64,000 nt of DNA from Octopus vulgaris (lineage: Eukaryota), in contig OX597816.1 in the NCBI GenBank assembly GCA_951406725.2, positions 95,294,001 through 95,358,000 on the forward strand, written 5' to 3'. Each line of letters starts with the position of its first letter. Position 1 is the stretch's first letter. The notes beneath the pieces were generated by a model that saw only the letters and a program-made list of their open reading frames with translations, had not been told where the DNA came from and did no database searches. This document shows positions 13,411 to 24,660 of this stretch, one piece after another. Position numbers and translations under genes: made by a program.

Positions 13411-14486
13411 GGGTGGAAGTGCTGTATGGGGTACCCTCACAAACTATACAAAAGAAGATTTAGGGAATGTCCTGGGGCATGAGATAATGTATACCTGTAA
13501 CTAAGGAAGTAGTGAGTTTAGTTGCTCCATTTGAAAACTAGGCCAGAAATCAACAGTGTTCCAAGTGTCGATGCTAGACTAGTAGGAATGTAGTGTTATA
13601 ACTCGACTCAAAAATAACGTTACAGCGTAAACAAAATTCGTCTAACGAACATAGTTGGGAAACCCGATAATTTTAGGTTTGTCGACTACCAGTGGAATTA
13701 TGTTTGATCTCCACCCAATGTTGATTTATACGATCAGCTATCCTTGAGGCACCACAGGAGGCATTATCATGTCCAGTATTGTACCTGGAGGAGGCTTTAC
13801 TATAGTGACAAGTGTTACGGTTACACGAAACAAGAGCTATGATGCTAATGCCCCTACTGTTAAAGTCGCATCCCCGAAGCAAATTAGTTTAATATTTCCC
13901 TGGCTCCATCCTATAACCCTTAAAATGTCTTCCAACTATGTAAATAAGGAAACTCCACGTTCATCAAACTAAATATTCGCCAGAATTATATCCGTCTTTG
14001 CTAGTCCCTCAATTGTTTAAATTTTTGTTTTTCCACTACGCTGCAACGAGCCAAAAATAACTTTACCTGCTCAAGGCCCACCCAACTTTCTCAGTCTTCT
14101 AACTGCGGAAAATTTGAGACAGTTATGACCAGTGTTTCCTCTTTGAATAAAGGTGTATTGCATAGAAAGAATTTGTTGTGAATGTTTGTTGAATTCTCCA
14201 ATTATATTTCAGTAAATCAAATAAAATTATCGTTAATCAAATTTGTCACAGATAATTGAATTATCTACAGGCTGAGATGTTATTATATTGATATTATGAA
14301 CTTAATTAGATGATTGTATTTAAAAAATTCTGATATCAATTTTAGATGATTACTACGTATTATTGATAGCATACTGTCTGTGGAGTCTATCATATGAAAA
14401 TAATCAAGCGATGTTGATAGCAAAATTTAGTAATTTAAAAAAAATGCGTTATACGATATATACATACAAGTATATGTATATGTGTT

Positions 14487-14517
<31 letters not shown>

Positions 14518-14550
14518 GCATACACACACATATACATATATATATTTACA

Positions 14551-14696
14551 GGCGTGTTTGTGTGGTAAGAAGATTGCTTTCCAAGCACATGACTCGGGGG
14601 CTCAGTCCTTGGACTAGTCTTCTACTATAACCCCAGGCCAACCAAAGGCTTGAGAATGGATTTGGCAGGTGGAAACTGAAAGTAGTTGTGTGTGTA

Positions 14697-14774
<78 letters not shown>

Positions 14775-14776
14775 CA

Positions 14777-14824
<48 letters not shown>

Positions 14825-15012
14825 CAACTATGTGTGTGTGTGTGTGTGAATCTTTGCATTTCTGTTCACCACCACCACCACTACCACTCCCGCTTGTTTT
14901 GTTTACGTCACCTTAACTTAATACGTCTGTAAAAAGAGACCTTTAGAATAAGTACAAAGCTTCAAAATCTTCAATGCGGTGCCCCGAGCAAGGCCGCAAT
15001 CCAAATAATGCG
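14551..15012 (+). mobile_element. SINE family A with expanded internal (TATC)n/(TA)n
   Basis: Head 14551-14685 and tail 14860-15012 match the copy at 16858. Confidence 0.75.
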
Positions 15013-16558
15013 ATAAGAGAAAAATCTAAAATATATTCACGCGCATACATAAATAATACATACACACGTACACTGGAACACATGAACATATGCTGTACGT
15101 GTCATTGGAAAAAATATTTTCAACTAACAAATTCTTACTTTGAACCCCTCAATGCAATCTAAATAACCTACTCTATGTGTTTTATTTACAACTTATGTCG
15201 CATACTTTTTGTATTGTATTTTCAATTGTAGATTAATAGAACTAACACGAAATAGCTTCTCCAGAACTTCTCGTCTTTTCGAAGTTACTTCTTAAACTTA
15301 AATGAATAGCACTTCTGAAATGCATCAATAACTATGCAGCTACAATCAAAGAAAAGAATCTGTGGCCTTAGAATGAATTATCTATAAATATTCACTTTAC
15401 TACTATTAGCTAAGCTGTTTTATGTGTTGAGTAGTTGATTTCTGACGCAGTTCTTTGATATTTCTGTAGTTCATGAATAGGGTGGAGATATCAACATGAG
15501 TTTATATATATATTTGCTGTCAAAATATTTCAAATTCACTTTGAGTTGTCGTAGATTAGCAATTGAAAAGGAAAACTTAAAAATGAAATGACGTTATAAG
15601 TTTCGTTCGCATGACCACATATCCCTTCAGCGCATGGCCACATATCCCTTCAGACTATAGGAGATGTATAAATAAAACGAATAAGAAAGATGAAGATGGG
15701 TACACCATGTATATTTTGTTGTGCCCTATCATCAATTTTAGAGAGAAATTTTGAAAACTACGGGTACTGGTGTACTTATTGAATCTTGAGGATACAGAAA
15801 CATTATTTAACGAAAGAGACTTTTATGAAATTTGAATTTTCCTTCATTTTATAACCTCTCTTCCCGACGTCTACGTTCACAATCAATAAATAGAATATGT
15901 TCTCTAAAAATAATAGAATAATCATAGCTTAAAAGTAAACACATTTATAGATTTAAGTAATATCTCTCGTTTTTATTTCAATAACTTAGCATGTTTCTGG
16001 TCGTAAAACAATTCATTTAGCCTGCAGTTCCGATATAATTTTTATGCGTTGTCATATGGAAGATGATAACGCACCAAGTCTAATTTTCTGTCAAAGTAAT
16101 CCTATAAAATGAAAAAAAAACAAAAACAGTTTACAGTATGTTAACAGCCTTAAATCAACTGATATGGAAAAAAAATCTAGAATATTCTAATAGAAGCACT
16201 TTAATTATGGCGTTGCTGCATACGTGAGGATAGTATTCGGATAAAAATGGATTCCCCCACGTTCCGACGTCTACATAGATCTGTAAATGTTACTTCAAAT
16301 TCCAAAATAATCAAAATTCAATATTCCCCGTTCCTTGATGGCTGTTTTATTTATTAGGTTTCTAAGTTCTTCTTTCATACAAAAAGAAATGTAAAAATAA
16401 AATGCAAATCAAATAATGGAATCGATCAAACCATTCTATCGTTAAAGTAAGGCTTCCCTATCGATTTCCAATATCAAATCACTTTGGAAATGTGAGTGTA
16501 AAACTATAAATGAAATCAAACATATAGTCAACACAAATATGTTTACACACACACACAA

Positions 16559-16653
<95 letters not shown>

Positions 16654-16782
16654 ATATAGATATGCATACATGGAAATCTGTGCGCAGGACATTACTCAAA
16701 ACGTAATCTACGCATACATATCCACAGCAACATTTAAACAAATGTAAATAATTCTTCCTGAATGCGCACTATAAAACCTACT

Positions 16783-16828
<46 letters not shown>

Positions 16829-16857
16829 CACATACATGCCTTATACATACATACGTA

Positions 16858-17232
16858 TGAGTGGAGTGACTGTGTGGTAAGTAGGTTGCTTAACAACCAC
16901 ATGGTTCCGGGTTCAATCAATCCCATTGCGTGGCACCTTGGGCAAGTGTCTTCTACTATAGCTTCGGACCGGCCAAACCCTTGTGAGTGGATTTGGTATG
17001 TATATATATGTATATATGTATGTATGTGTATATGTTTGTGTGTCTGTGTTTGTCCCCCCAACATCGCTTGACAACCGATGTAACTTAGCGGTTCTCCTAA
17101 CTTAGCGGTTCGGCAAAAGAGACCGATACAATAAGTACTAGGCTTACAAAGAATAAGTCCTAGAGTCGATTTGCTCGACTAAAGGGGGTACTCCAGCATG
17201 GCCACAGTCAAATGACTGAAACAAGTAAAAGA
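16858..17232 (+). mobile_element. SINE family A, best-preserved copy
   Basis: tRNA-like head (TGTGTGGTAAG...GGTTCAATC), GGCACCTTGGGCAAGTGTCTTCT CORE-like block, internal (TA/TG)n, tail ending GACTGAAACAAGTAAAAGA. Confidence 0.9.
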
Positions 17233-18567
17233 AATACATACATACATACATACATACATACATACACATACACTCACACACAAGCACATATATTATGTAT
17301 ATATATATATATTCACCATGCTCACACATAACTGCTTAACGTTTGAAACATACACATATCCCACAAACATGTCTAAAAGTGTTTATGCTCAAAGACGCAT
17401 ATACATGTTCTTGCTCTCTGACACATATTTAAATTGTTATCCTCGCACAAATATGGTTCTGCTCCAAATGCTTTATATTAACATTATTTCGTAAACACTA
17501 CATATATTCCTACTTATATATTTATACAATGACTGATATTACATAGACATATAACCACACGCACAAAATGAAACAAGTCGAGTACGGTTACTGTTCAAAG
17601 AAAACACATACATGCCGAATATAGTTAGCATTCTCTTAAAAAAGAAACAGAATTGATTAACTTTAGTGATTCTCTTACCGTTCCTCAGTAAGAGGTATTT
17701 AGTAACATATATACTATATTGATGAAAGAGGATGCAGGAAAAAAGAAAGAGAGAAAGAGAGAGGGAGAGAGTATTTGTGTGAGAGAGAAGGTGAGAGACT
17801 GTGTGTATATGTGCGAGCAGTAAAAGGAGAGAGAAATAGAAACATCAGGCAGGCAGAATGGGTAAACTTTGATGTACCTCAGTGAAGCGTTAAACAATTG
17901 TTAGTTTGTCTCTCTGGAAAGAACTTTGTGATGCACAATGTATCGCAGTAGTTACTGAACAACAGGTCATGTCAAGGATGCAGAACAGAAAGAACAATAG
18001 TGAAAAAGAGAGTAAAAGAGAGTGAGAGTGAGTGCATCTGTGTAAATCAGAGATCAATGAAGGATGAAGAAAAAGTAACTAAGTGAGAGAAGAAAAACAG
18101 AGCAATTGAATTCAGGTAGAACAGAGTGTTATAAATAAATATGTAAAGAAAGATATGGAGATGTTAAGTTTTGAAGTTAAACAAGATAAAGAATCTCCTA
18201 AAAAATGGACAAAATAACAGTGACTTCATAGCTAATCATAAACTTTTACAAGCATTTTCCAAAAATTAAAAAGAAAAAGTGGACCTTGTTTACAATATTA
18301 CAATATACAAAACCATGTCGTTACTATTATCCAAAAGTGTCGTGAGTCCAAAACATTGATTTTTCAGATAATGAAAAAATAGTTTCACCATTCCATAGCA
18401 AAACCGTTGTACTTCACTTGGAAATTTTTTGATATCTTGGCCTCTGAAGCAGCTGGCGATACGATAATTTGACCAAAAGAACCGGCTATTGCAAGCAAAA
18501 ATAAATATTGAAAAAAAATGCATTCAACTAAATCTGGACATACGACAGTTTAACATTATATATATAC

Positions 18568-18602
<35 letters not shown>

Positions 18603-18603
<1 letters not shown>

Positions 18604-20013
18604 TAGCATTATGACCCGGCGTTGCCGGGTCATAGTGCTAGTTTGGTATAAATTTGTTAAATTAAAAATTTGTGGTAATAAAACACACAATGACATATTA
18701 AAAAGACGAATTAAAATTCCAGAGAAAAATACATAGTAGATAAATATACAAATTTACAAAAATACATAAAAGTTCATCTACGGGCCGTTTCGGAGATGCA
18801 TCAATTAATATGAAACATTATATATTTAAAATTGACATTCCCCTCGTCAGGATGTTTTTTACACACAACACATAGTGCACGGAAACAAATGCACAATTAC
18901 AAACCTGCTACATGCGAAAAACCAGACATTACGTACTCCCAAAAATTCTCCTAGATACTGAATGCTACTTTATAAGCATATAATTCAATCTAGCAGCTAT
19001 AGTAAATGGTATGAGTACATCTCCATCTGGACTAATTCACTTCTGCACTCAATTAAATTTTTCATCTTTTAATTTCTCCCATTCATACAAAGCCACATGT
19101 TCGAGTTCAAGTCCTTGATACATTTTATACTAATTACTATTTTTTTCTTTTAATTGTTATATAACGATTTAATTACCATTTTAATAAAATAAAATATATT
19201 TAATTACTAGGAAATGAATCTTTGATTCTAATCCAGAAACGTATGCGTTCATAATTGACCTGGACTGTTTGATTTCGTTATTTTTCTTCGGTTTTTTGCC
19301 ATATAATGAGTTACAAATACTGTTGCCGATGGGGACATATTTTTGTAGTAAAAGAAATAACAGTCCTCTGGCTGCTATTTCTAATACTTTCGGTATGTGG
19401 TCTAGCAACTTGTTGCAAAGACCCTCATTGTTATAATTACATATAATTTTACCGAATATGGTCCTTTTCCATACCGAAATATTACTTGGTGAAATTTGTT
19501 AATTTTATTAAATTAATCATATTTCACCCTTTATCTGTATTGATTACTTTACTCCCCTACGACAGAACTACGAATTTATCTTCGGCAGTATTATGTTGTG
19601 ACTCACGTGGTAGAAATTCTGGAGGGAGATACGAATTCACTTGTCTATATAAATGTGGATATGTTGATTAGCTTCTGTATGCCCCGATGTCGCCTGGTCG
19701 GAAATATGGAGGGTAAGATTTCCTAGCATTTCTAGATTTATTTATCGAAATATTATGTTGATAAAGGAAATGAATCTTTGATTCTAATCCAGAAACGTAT
19801 GCGTCCATAATTGACCTGGACTGTTTGATTTAGTTATCTTTCTTCATTTTTTTGCCATATAATTAGTTACAAATACTGTTGTCGATGGGGACATATTTTT
19901 GTAGTAAAAGAAACAGTCCTCTGGCTGCTATTTCTAATACTTTCGGTATGTGGTCTAGCAACTTGTTGCAAAGACCCTCATTGTTTTATATATATATATA
20001 TATATATATATGA
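18603..20013 (-). mobile_element. Non-autonomous Helitron
   Basis: Minus-strand 3' end has hairpin CCCGGC-AAC-GCCGGG, 8 nt, then CTAG|T at 18603. The 5' end runs into (TA)n-TAAAA at about 19985-20013 (exact end uncertain). Internal direct repeat of about 220 bp. Confidence 0.75.
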
Positions 20014-20019
20014 CCATGA

Positions 20020-20505
20020 CAGAAAGTTGTCATGGCGATACCTGTTCAGAGGCCTACGCAGAGTTGCAGGAAGTGTATGGAGAGGATTGAATGAGCCGCA
20101 CACAAATGTACGAGTGGTTCAGGCATTTTCAAGACGGACAAAAAACAAATGCCGATATATTGACGAACGTTGTGAGAGACCCGCAACCGCAGAACTGAGC
20201 AAAAAGTCGCAGATGTGCGTGCAGCTGTGAGAAGAAATTGTCGAATCACCATAAGTGAGTTATGAGAGGATGTGCAGAGTAGTTACAGTTCAGTTCAGTC
20301 CATTATCACTGGAGATTTGGGCATGAGACGCGTGATTGCCAAGTTTGTGCCAAAACTGCTTTCAGCTGACCAACACCTCCTTAATTGTGTTGAGGAGGAT
20401 GGAAACATTTTGAAAATTTTGCGTAGCCCTGGGCAGGTATCGCCAAGCTTTTGGCAAAATTTGATGGAGATTTCACGGTGCTCTAGTCCACTCAGCTGGC
20501 AAAAA
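20020..20505 (+). pseudogene. mariner transposase N-terminal relic
   Basis: AYAELQEVYGED*MSRTQMYEWFRHFQDG...ERPAT...RITISEL*...IITGDLGMRRVIAKFVPKLLSADQ (HTH and WVPxxL-type motif). Confidence 0.8.
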
Positions 20506-20615
20506 TGAGTAACGCTGCGATGGACTGGCGCCCCGTCCAGCTGGAGAACACATACGCCATAGAAACCGGGAAACTGGGCCCATGAGCCTGTCTAGGCTTT
20601 AAAAGGGCACATTTA
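20506..20615 (+). mobile_element. SINE family B 3' segment
   Basis: GCGATGGACTGGCGCCCCGTCCAG...GAAACCGGGAAAC..ATGAGCCT; similar to 42035-42135. Confidence 0.55.
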
Positions 20616-20626
20616 TTATTTTACAT

Positions 20627-20740
<114 letters not shown>

Positions 20741-20859
20741 GTGTGAGTGTGTGTATGCGAGTATGTATATATATATATATATATTCATATATAAAATTAA
20801 GGTCATCATTGCTTATCATCAATACACACATATATATGTATGTGTGTATATGTATGCGT

Positions 20860-21310
20860 TCTGCACATTCGTCAATGTGTTGACTGAGGTATATTTGGCG
20901 GCGATATTGTGGGGAGGAAATTTGTACTCTGTGCTCCGTATATCTCTTTCGGATCGAATTTCCTGTTCAGCAAATATAATTTCGATGGCAGCCCGAGCAT
21001 CTGATTACGTAAATGAGGTTTTGAGAGGCGCAAGTGAAGTTAGATTTGATCTTGAATATTTGTCCTCGTCTGAAATGGAATTCCAATCCTTCCAACAGAT
21101 TAGGACATGTTCCGCAATTAAGGCGACCACGCTTTACGACTCTTGCGTCCGTTGTTCTAAAGAATAGTTTGGTATTGGTGAGAATTTTCTTCAATGTTTT
21201 AGGCTGTTTGCTGCTCTTAATGATTTTATGATTACGTAGAATCTTCTTAGGTTTGGGTTCCTATGGAGCATTGGAAGATTTTGGACATTGATATTTAATG
21301 CTTGGACTTT
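20860..21310 (-). mobile_element. Penelope-like (Neptune-type) GIY-YIG endonuclease fragment
   Basis: [72 protein letters not shown]. Confidence 0.85.
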
Positions 21311-21321
21311 CCTCTATCTCC

Positions 21322-21357
21322 TGTTTCTGAAGAAGAATTTTGCTCGAAACGTAACAC
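21322..21357 (+). ncRNA. Minimal hammerhead motif, inverted relative to adjacent PLE ORF
   Basis: CTGAAGA 21327-33, weak stem II (aGAattttgcTC), GAAAC, ACGT palindrome, GUA ending 21353; stem I weak. Confidence 0.55.
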
Positions 21358-21434
21358 GCTCTTTTTTCTCCTTCTTTGAGCGTCTGAATAATTCTCTGCA
21401 GGTACCACGTCCTTACGTTATTATTTTCCCCTTC

Positions 21435-21570
21435 TGTTTTTTCTTCGTTATTAGAGCGTAGGTTCGAAACGTAAAAGACTTTCTCACCTTCCCGAGCGTC
21501 AAACTAATACACCTGCTTGTTGTTTATATACCTTTCTTTGTTTTCTGTTTTGCTGTAAATTTCAACTACA
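21435..21570 (+). repeat. Pseudo-LTR-like repeat family C, copy 1
   Basis: AGAGCGTAGGTTCGAAACGTAAAAGAC..CTTCCCGAGCGT..CTAAT; homologous in reverse to 24428-24618 and 47340-47500. Confidence 0.7.
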
Positions 21571-21581
21571 CACACACACAC

Positions 21582-21613
<32 letters not shown>

Positions 21614-21639
21614 GTAAATAGATAGATAGATAGATAAAC

Positions 21640-22265
21640 AGGCGAAGAGAATCTGTGTGGTAAGAGGTTTGCTTCCCGTTCACATGGTTTGGGGTCAGTC
21701 TCACTGGGTGGCACCTTAGACAAATGTCCTCCACTATAGGCCCAGAACTACCAGAGTCTGGAGCCTTGGTAGACAGAAATTGAAAGAAACCTTTCGTGCA
21801 TATTGTATATATATATATGTATATATATACATGGATGCACAGAAACACATACACCCACACTCACTCCCCCCCACACATATATATAGTCTATATGCCAACG
21901 TAAAGAAGCAGTCCTGATTAGGAAGGTGTTACTACCTTTTTTAGCCCCAGGAAACATCTTTTCCAGTTAGCACAACTGCGTCCTTATACCTCGGACAAGG
22001 GAGCTAATGTCTCCACCCAGCCTTAAACGGCACCTGCAGATCAATCTTTTCTGGGTGGTACGTGTCTTTTGTGTTTGTAGTTGTCTCTCACCACCACTTG
22101 ACAACTAGTGTTGGGGTGTTCATGCACCAGTCAATTAGCGGTTCTGCGATAAGAGAAGTATTGGATAAGTACTAGATTTAAAATAAATGTACTGGTGTCG
22201 ATTTATTCTACTATACTCTTCAATGCAATGCGCGACATGGCTTTAGTCCAACGATTGAAACAAGT
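21640..22265 (+). mobile_element. SINE family A interrupted by microsatellite and an unrelated insert of about 160 bp
   Basis: Head 21640-21800 and tail 22060-22265 match family A. Confidence 0.7.
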
Positions 22266-22300
22266 ATGTATGTATATATATATATATATATACACACATT

Positions 22301-22360
<60 letters not shown>

Positions 22361-22949
22361 TGTGTGTGTGTGTATACATACATGCATACGTTTCTGAGGA
22401 CTCTACACACTTGGCGTCAGTTTTAAATTATTCCTATTTCGTTCTAAACAGAATTTAATATGTCATCAATTTTTATTTTACTTGCAATCTTTTCTTGCGT
22501 CTAAGAATTTCTGCATTTGTAAACAATACTCGCGGACATTATTATATTTAGCTCGAGTGGAAATAAATTCCTTACTATCGATTAACGATCGAAACATTTG
22601 TATTTGCGCCGTCAATCTGCGCCGTGATTTTACATAACAATGTTCATAACATTTCACTTTCAATAGACCAACTCAACTCATTATAAATTAAACCCACAGA
22701 GAGGTTAGTGTATCTACAATAGTGATCCGAGTTATATCCAGTTGATTGGATTACTATTAGCAAAGTTTCATCATTTGGAGGGTTTTGAAGAAGCAGTGGA
22801 AGAAAAATAATAAGTATATGTAAAACAAGTAGTTTTACATATAACGATTTTATAGGGTACATAATAATGCATTAAATCAGTACACATATGACATTTGATG
22901 GGAAAAAAGTTTGAGTTGTCATTCAGTTTCGATGAGTTTTAAGCTCATA

Positions 22950-23200
22950 TTGTCAGTAAAATATTTTTAATAGTTGGATGGTTCTTCATTTAGACCTATG
23001 TGCCAATACCAAGGTTCCTTAACTTATTAGTGATTACTTTGTAACATCAAAAATGTCCTACATATTTCCCAAGTAAACGGAGTTGCTGGCTTCACACAAG
23101 ATATGAAATCTTGCTGTGTAAAATTGACTATACTGACCTTCCATTTTGTATCTCTTCTTTACAAAATCATAATAACATCATTGCACTCAATTTAGTTAAT
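22950..23200 (-). pseudogene. Possible highly degraded piggyBac-like transposase relic
   Basis: Minus frames give RFHILCEASNSVYLGNM and GT*V*MKNHPT, resembling the KF..LC....Y..N and G..VYMDNYYT motifs of piggyBac transposases. Confidence 0.3.
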
Positions 23201-24394
23201 ACGATATAAGTAAAATGTGTTTGAATACTTCTTTCAGCAACTCAGAAAGTTAGATATATGGCATATTATCACCAAAGGGGATATGCATTTAATATATTCG
23301 AATGGAGTCCGCATTTACAGTAATCACTCAGCCAGATTTCTTACAAACGAATTATTCGGATTTATAAGAGCAGAAAAATGAGACGTCATGACAATCTATT
23401 ATATTTTGTTAAATTAGCGTGAGAAGAATTGACTTCGATCGGGAATCAAAATCAATTCGCTGTATTCAGTACACAAACACCTTATATATTGTCCTACAGC
23501 GCTGACCATTGAGATTTTCTATACAATTCTCGCTTTCATACCAATACCATCCGGTGTTAATGTGTGTAAAACTTTTGTATTATAATAATTTTACATTTGG
23601 CCGCTGTTCAAACCAACCATAGACAAATGAAAGTGAATAGAACACAGATTTCTTGCTTGGGCATAAGCCACAGATTTATTACAGAAGAAGGAGAAAAGAA
23701 TGAGATTTTATGATATACATACCACCACCCCAACAAACGGCATGAATATAATAAAATCTGATAAACATATACGGAATGTCATATTGATATCATTTGTGGA
23801 AATTAATAGAAAACCTAATTTCTTTCGTTTTACAGAAAAGAAAGAAAAGAAATAGAAATCTAAATTTAAAAATATTAAACTACAAAATCATTTTCATACA
23901 CTGAACGTAGTATATACTGTGAATTATATATATTATAAATCATTTTTTTATTAGGGATAAAAAGGAATGAATAGCCTGTACCGATTCCTTTTATAAGTCC
24001 TTTGACATTAGTAAGGTTGGTGAGTAGTAAAAATGTGCGAAGGTAGGGAATACAATGGTAAACCTCAAAATGAAGGAGAAGAGAGGAAAGGAGAGACAAG
24101 TCTGTGTGGTACACTGATGTAATATACGACTTTATCGTTGCAAAGACTTACTAAGTAGTTGTACAAAAAGCTGGAAGTTGAAGTGTGTTGGTGATTGAGG
24201 TTTAATTAATCAGCCTAAGAACTTTCTTTTGTGTAATGCCTATTGTACTTATGTATATAAATACAACGCCGGCACAGATGTAACAGCTATGTCCAACTGT
24301 GGGTCTCATTTGGTCTTATTAGAGTCAGCGGTGGTTTGCAGCTGAAATATTTATGACTGTGAGGATGAAGGGGTGAGAATTATTAGAGGTGACA

Positions 24395-24427
<33 letters not shown>

Positions 24428-24430
<3 letters not shown>

Positions 24431-24616
24431 AGAATTCACAAAAAGAATAAAACGGAAGACGAAGGCAGGTGGTGTAGACAACAAACATATATATTAGTGT
24501 AACGCTCGGGAAGTGAAAAGGTCTTTAACGTTCGAGTCTACGCTCTAACACAGAAAGGAACACAGAAAGAAACAAGCAGAGAAAATAAAGAATAGTGGTT
24601 AGCGATCTATCATGGC

Positions 24617-24618
<2 letters not shown>
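24428..24618 (-). repeat. Pseudo-LTR-like repeat family C, copy 2
   Basis: GACGAAG..AGGTG..ATTAG..AACGCTCGGGAAG..GTCTTT.ACGTT.CGA shared with 47340-47500; flanked by (TA)n on both sides. Confidence 0.7.

Positions 24619-24657
<39 letters not shown>

Positions 24658-24660
<3 letters not shown>

Noticed and set aside
13670-14150. Possible host exon or LINE RT relic (KYSPELYPSLL..LFKF)
   Set aside because: Only a faint resemblance to Jockey/CR1 RT, with many stops; cannot be supported without a profile search.
18290-18523. Possible mariner C-terminal relic (FCYGMVKL)
   Set aside because: Similarity too short and no TIR found.
21900-22060. GC-richer insert inside a SINE, considered as an HDV-like ribozyme or LINE 5' UTR
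   Set aside because: Could not build the nested double pseudoknot by eye on either strand.
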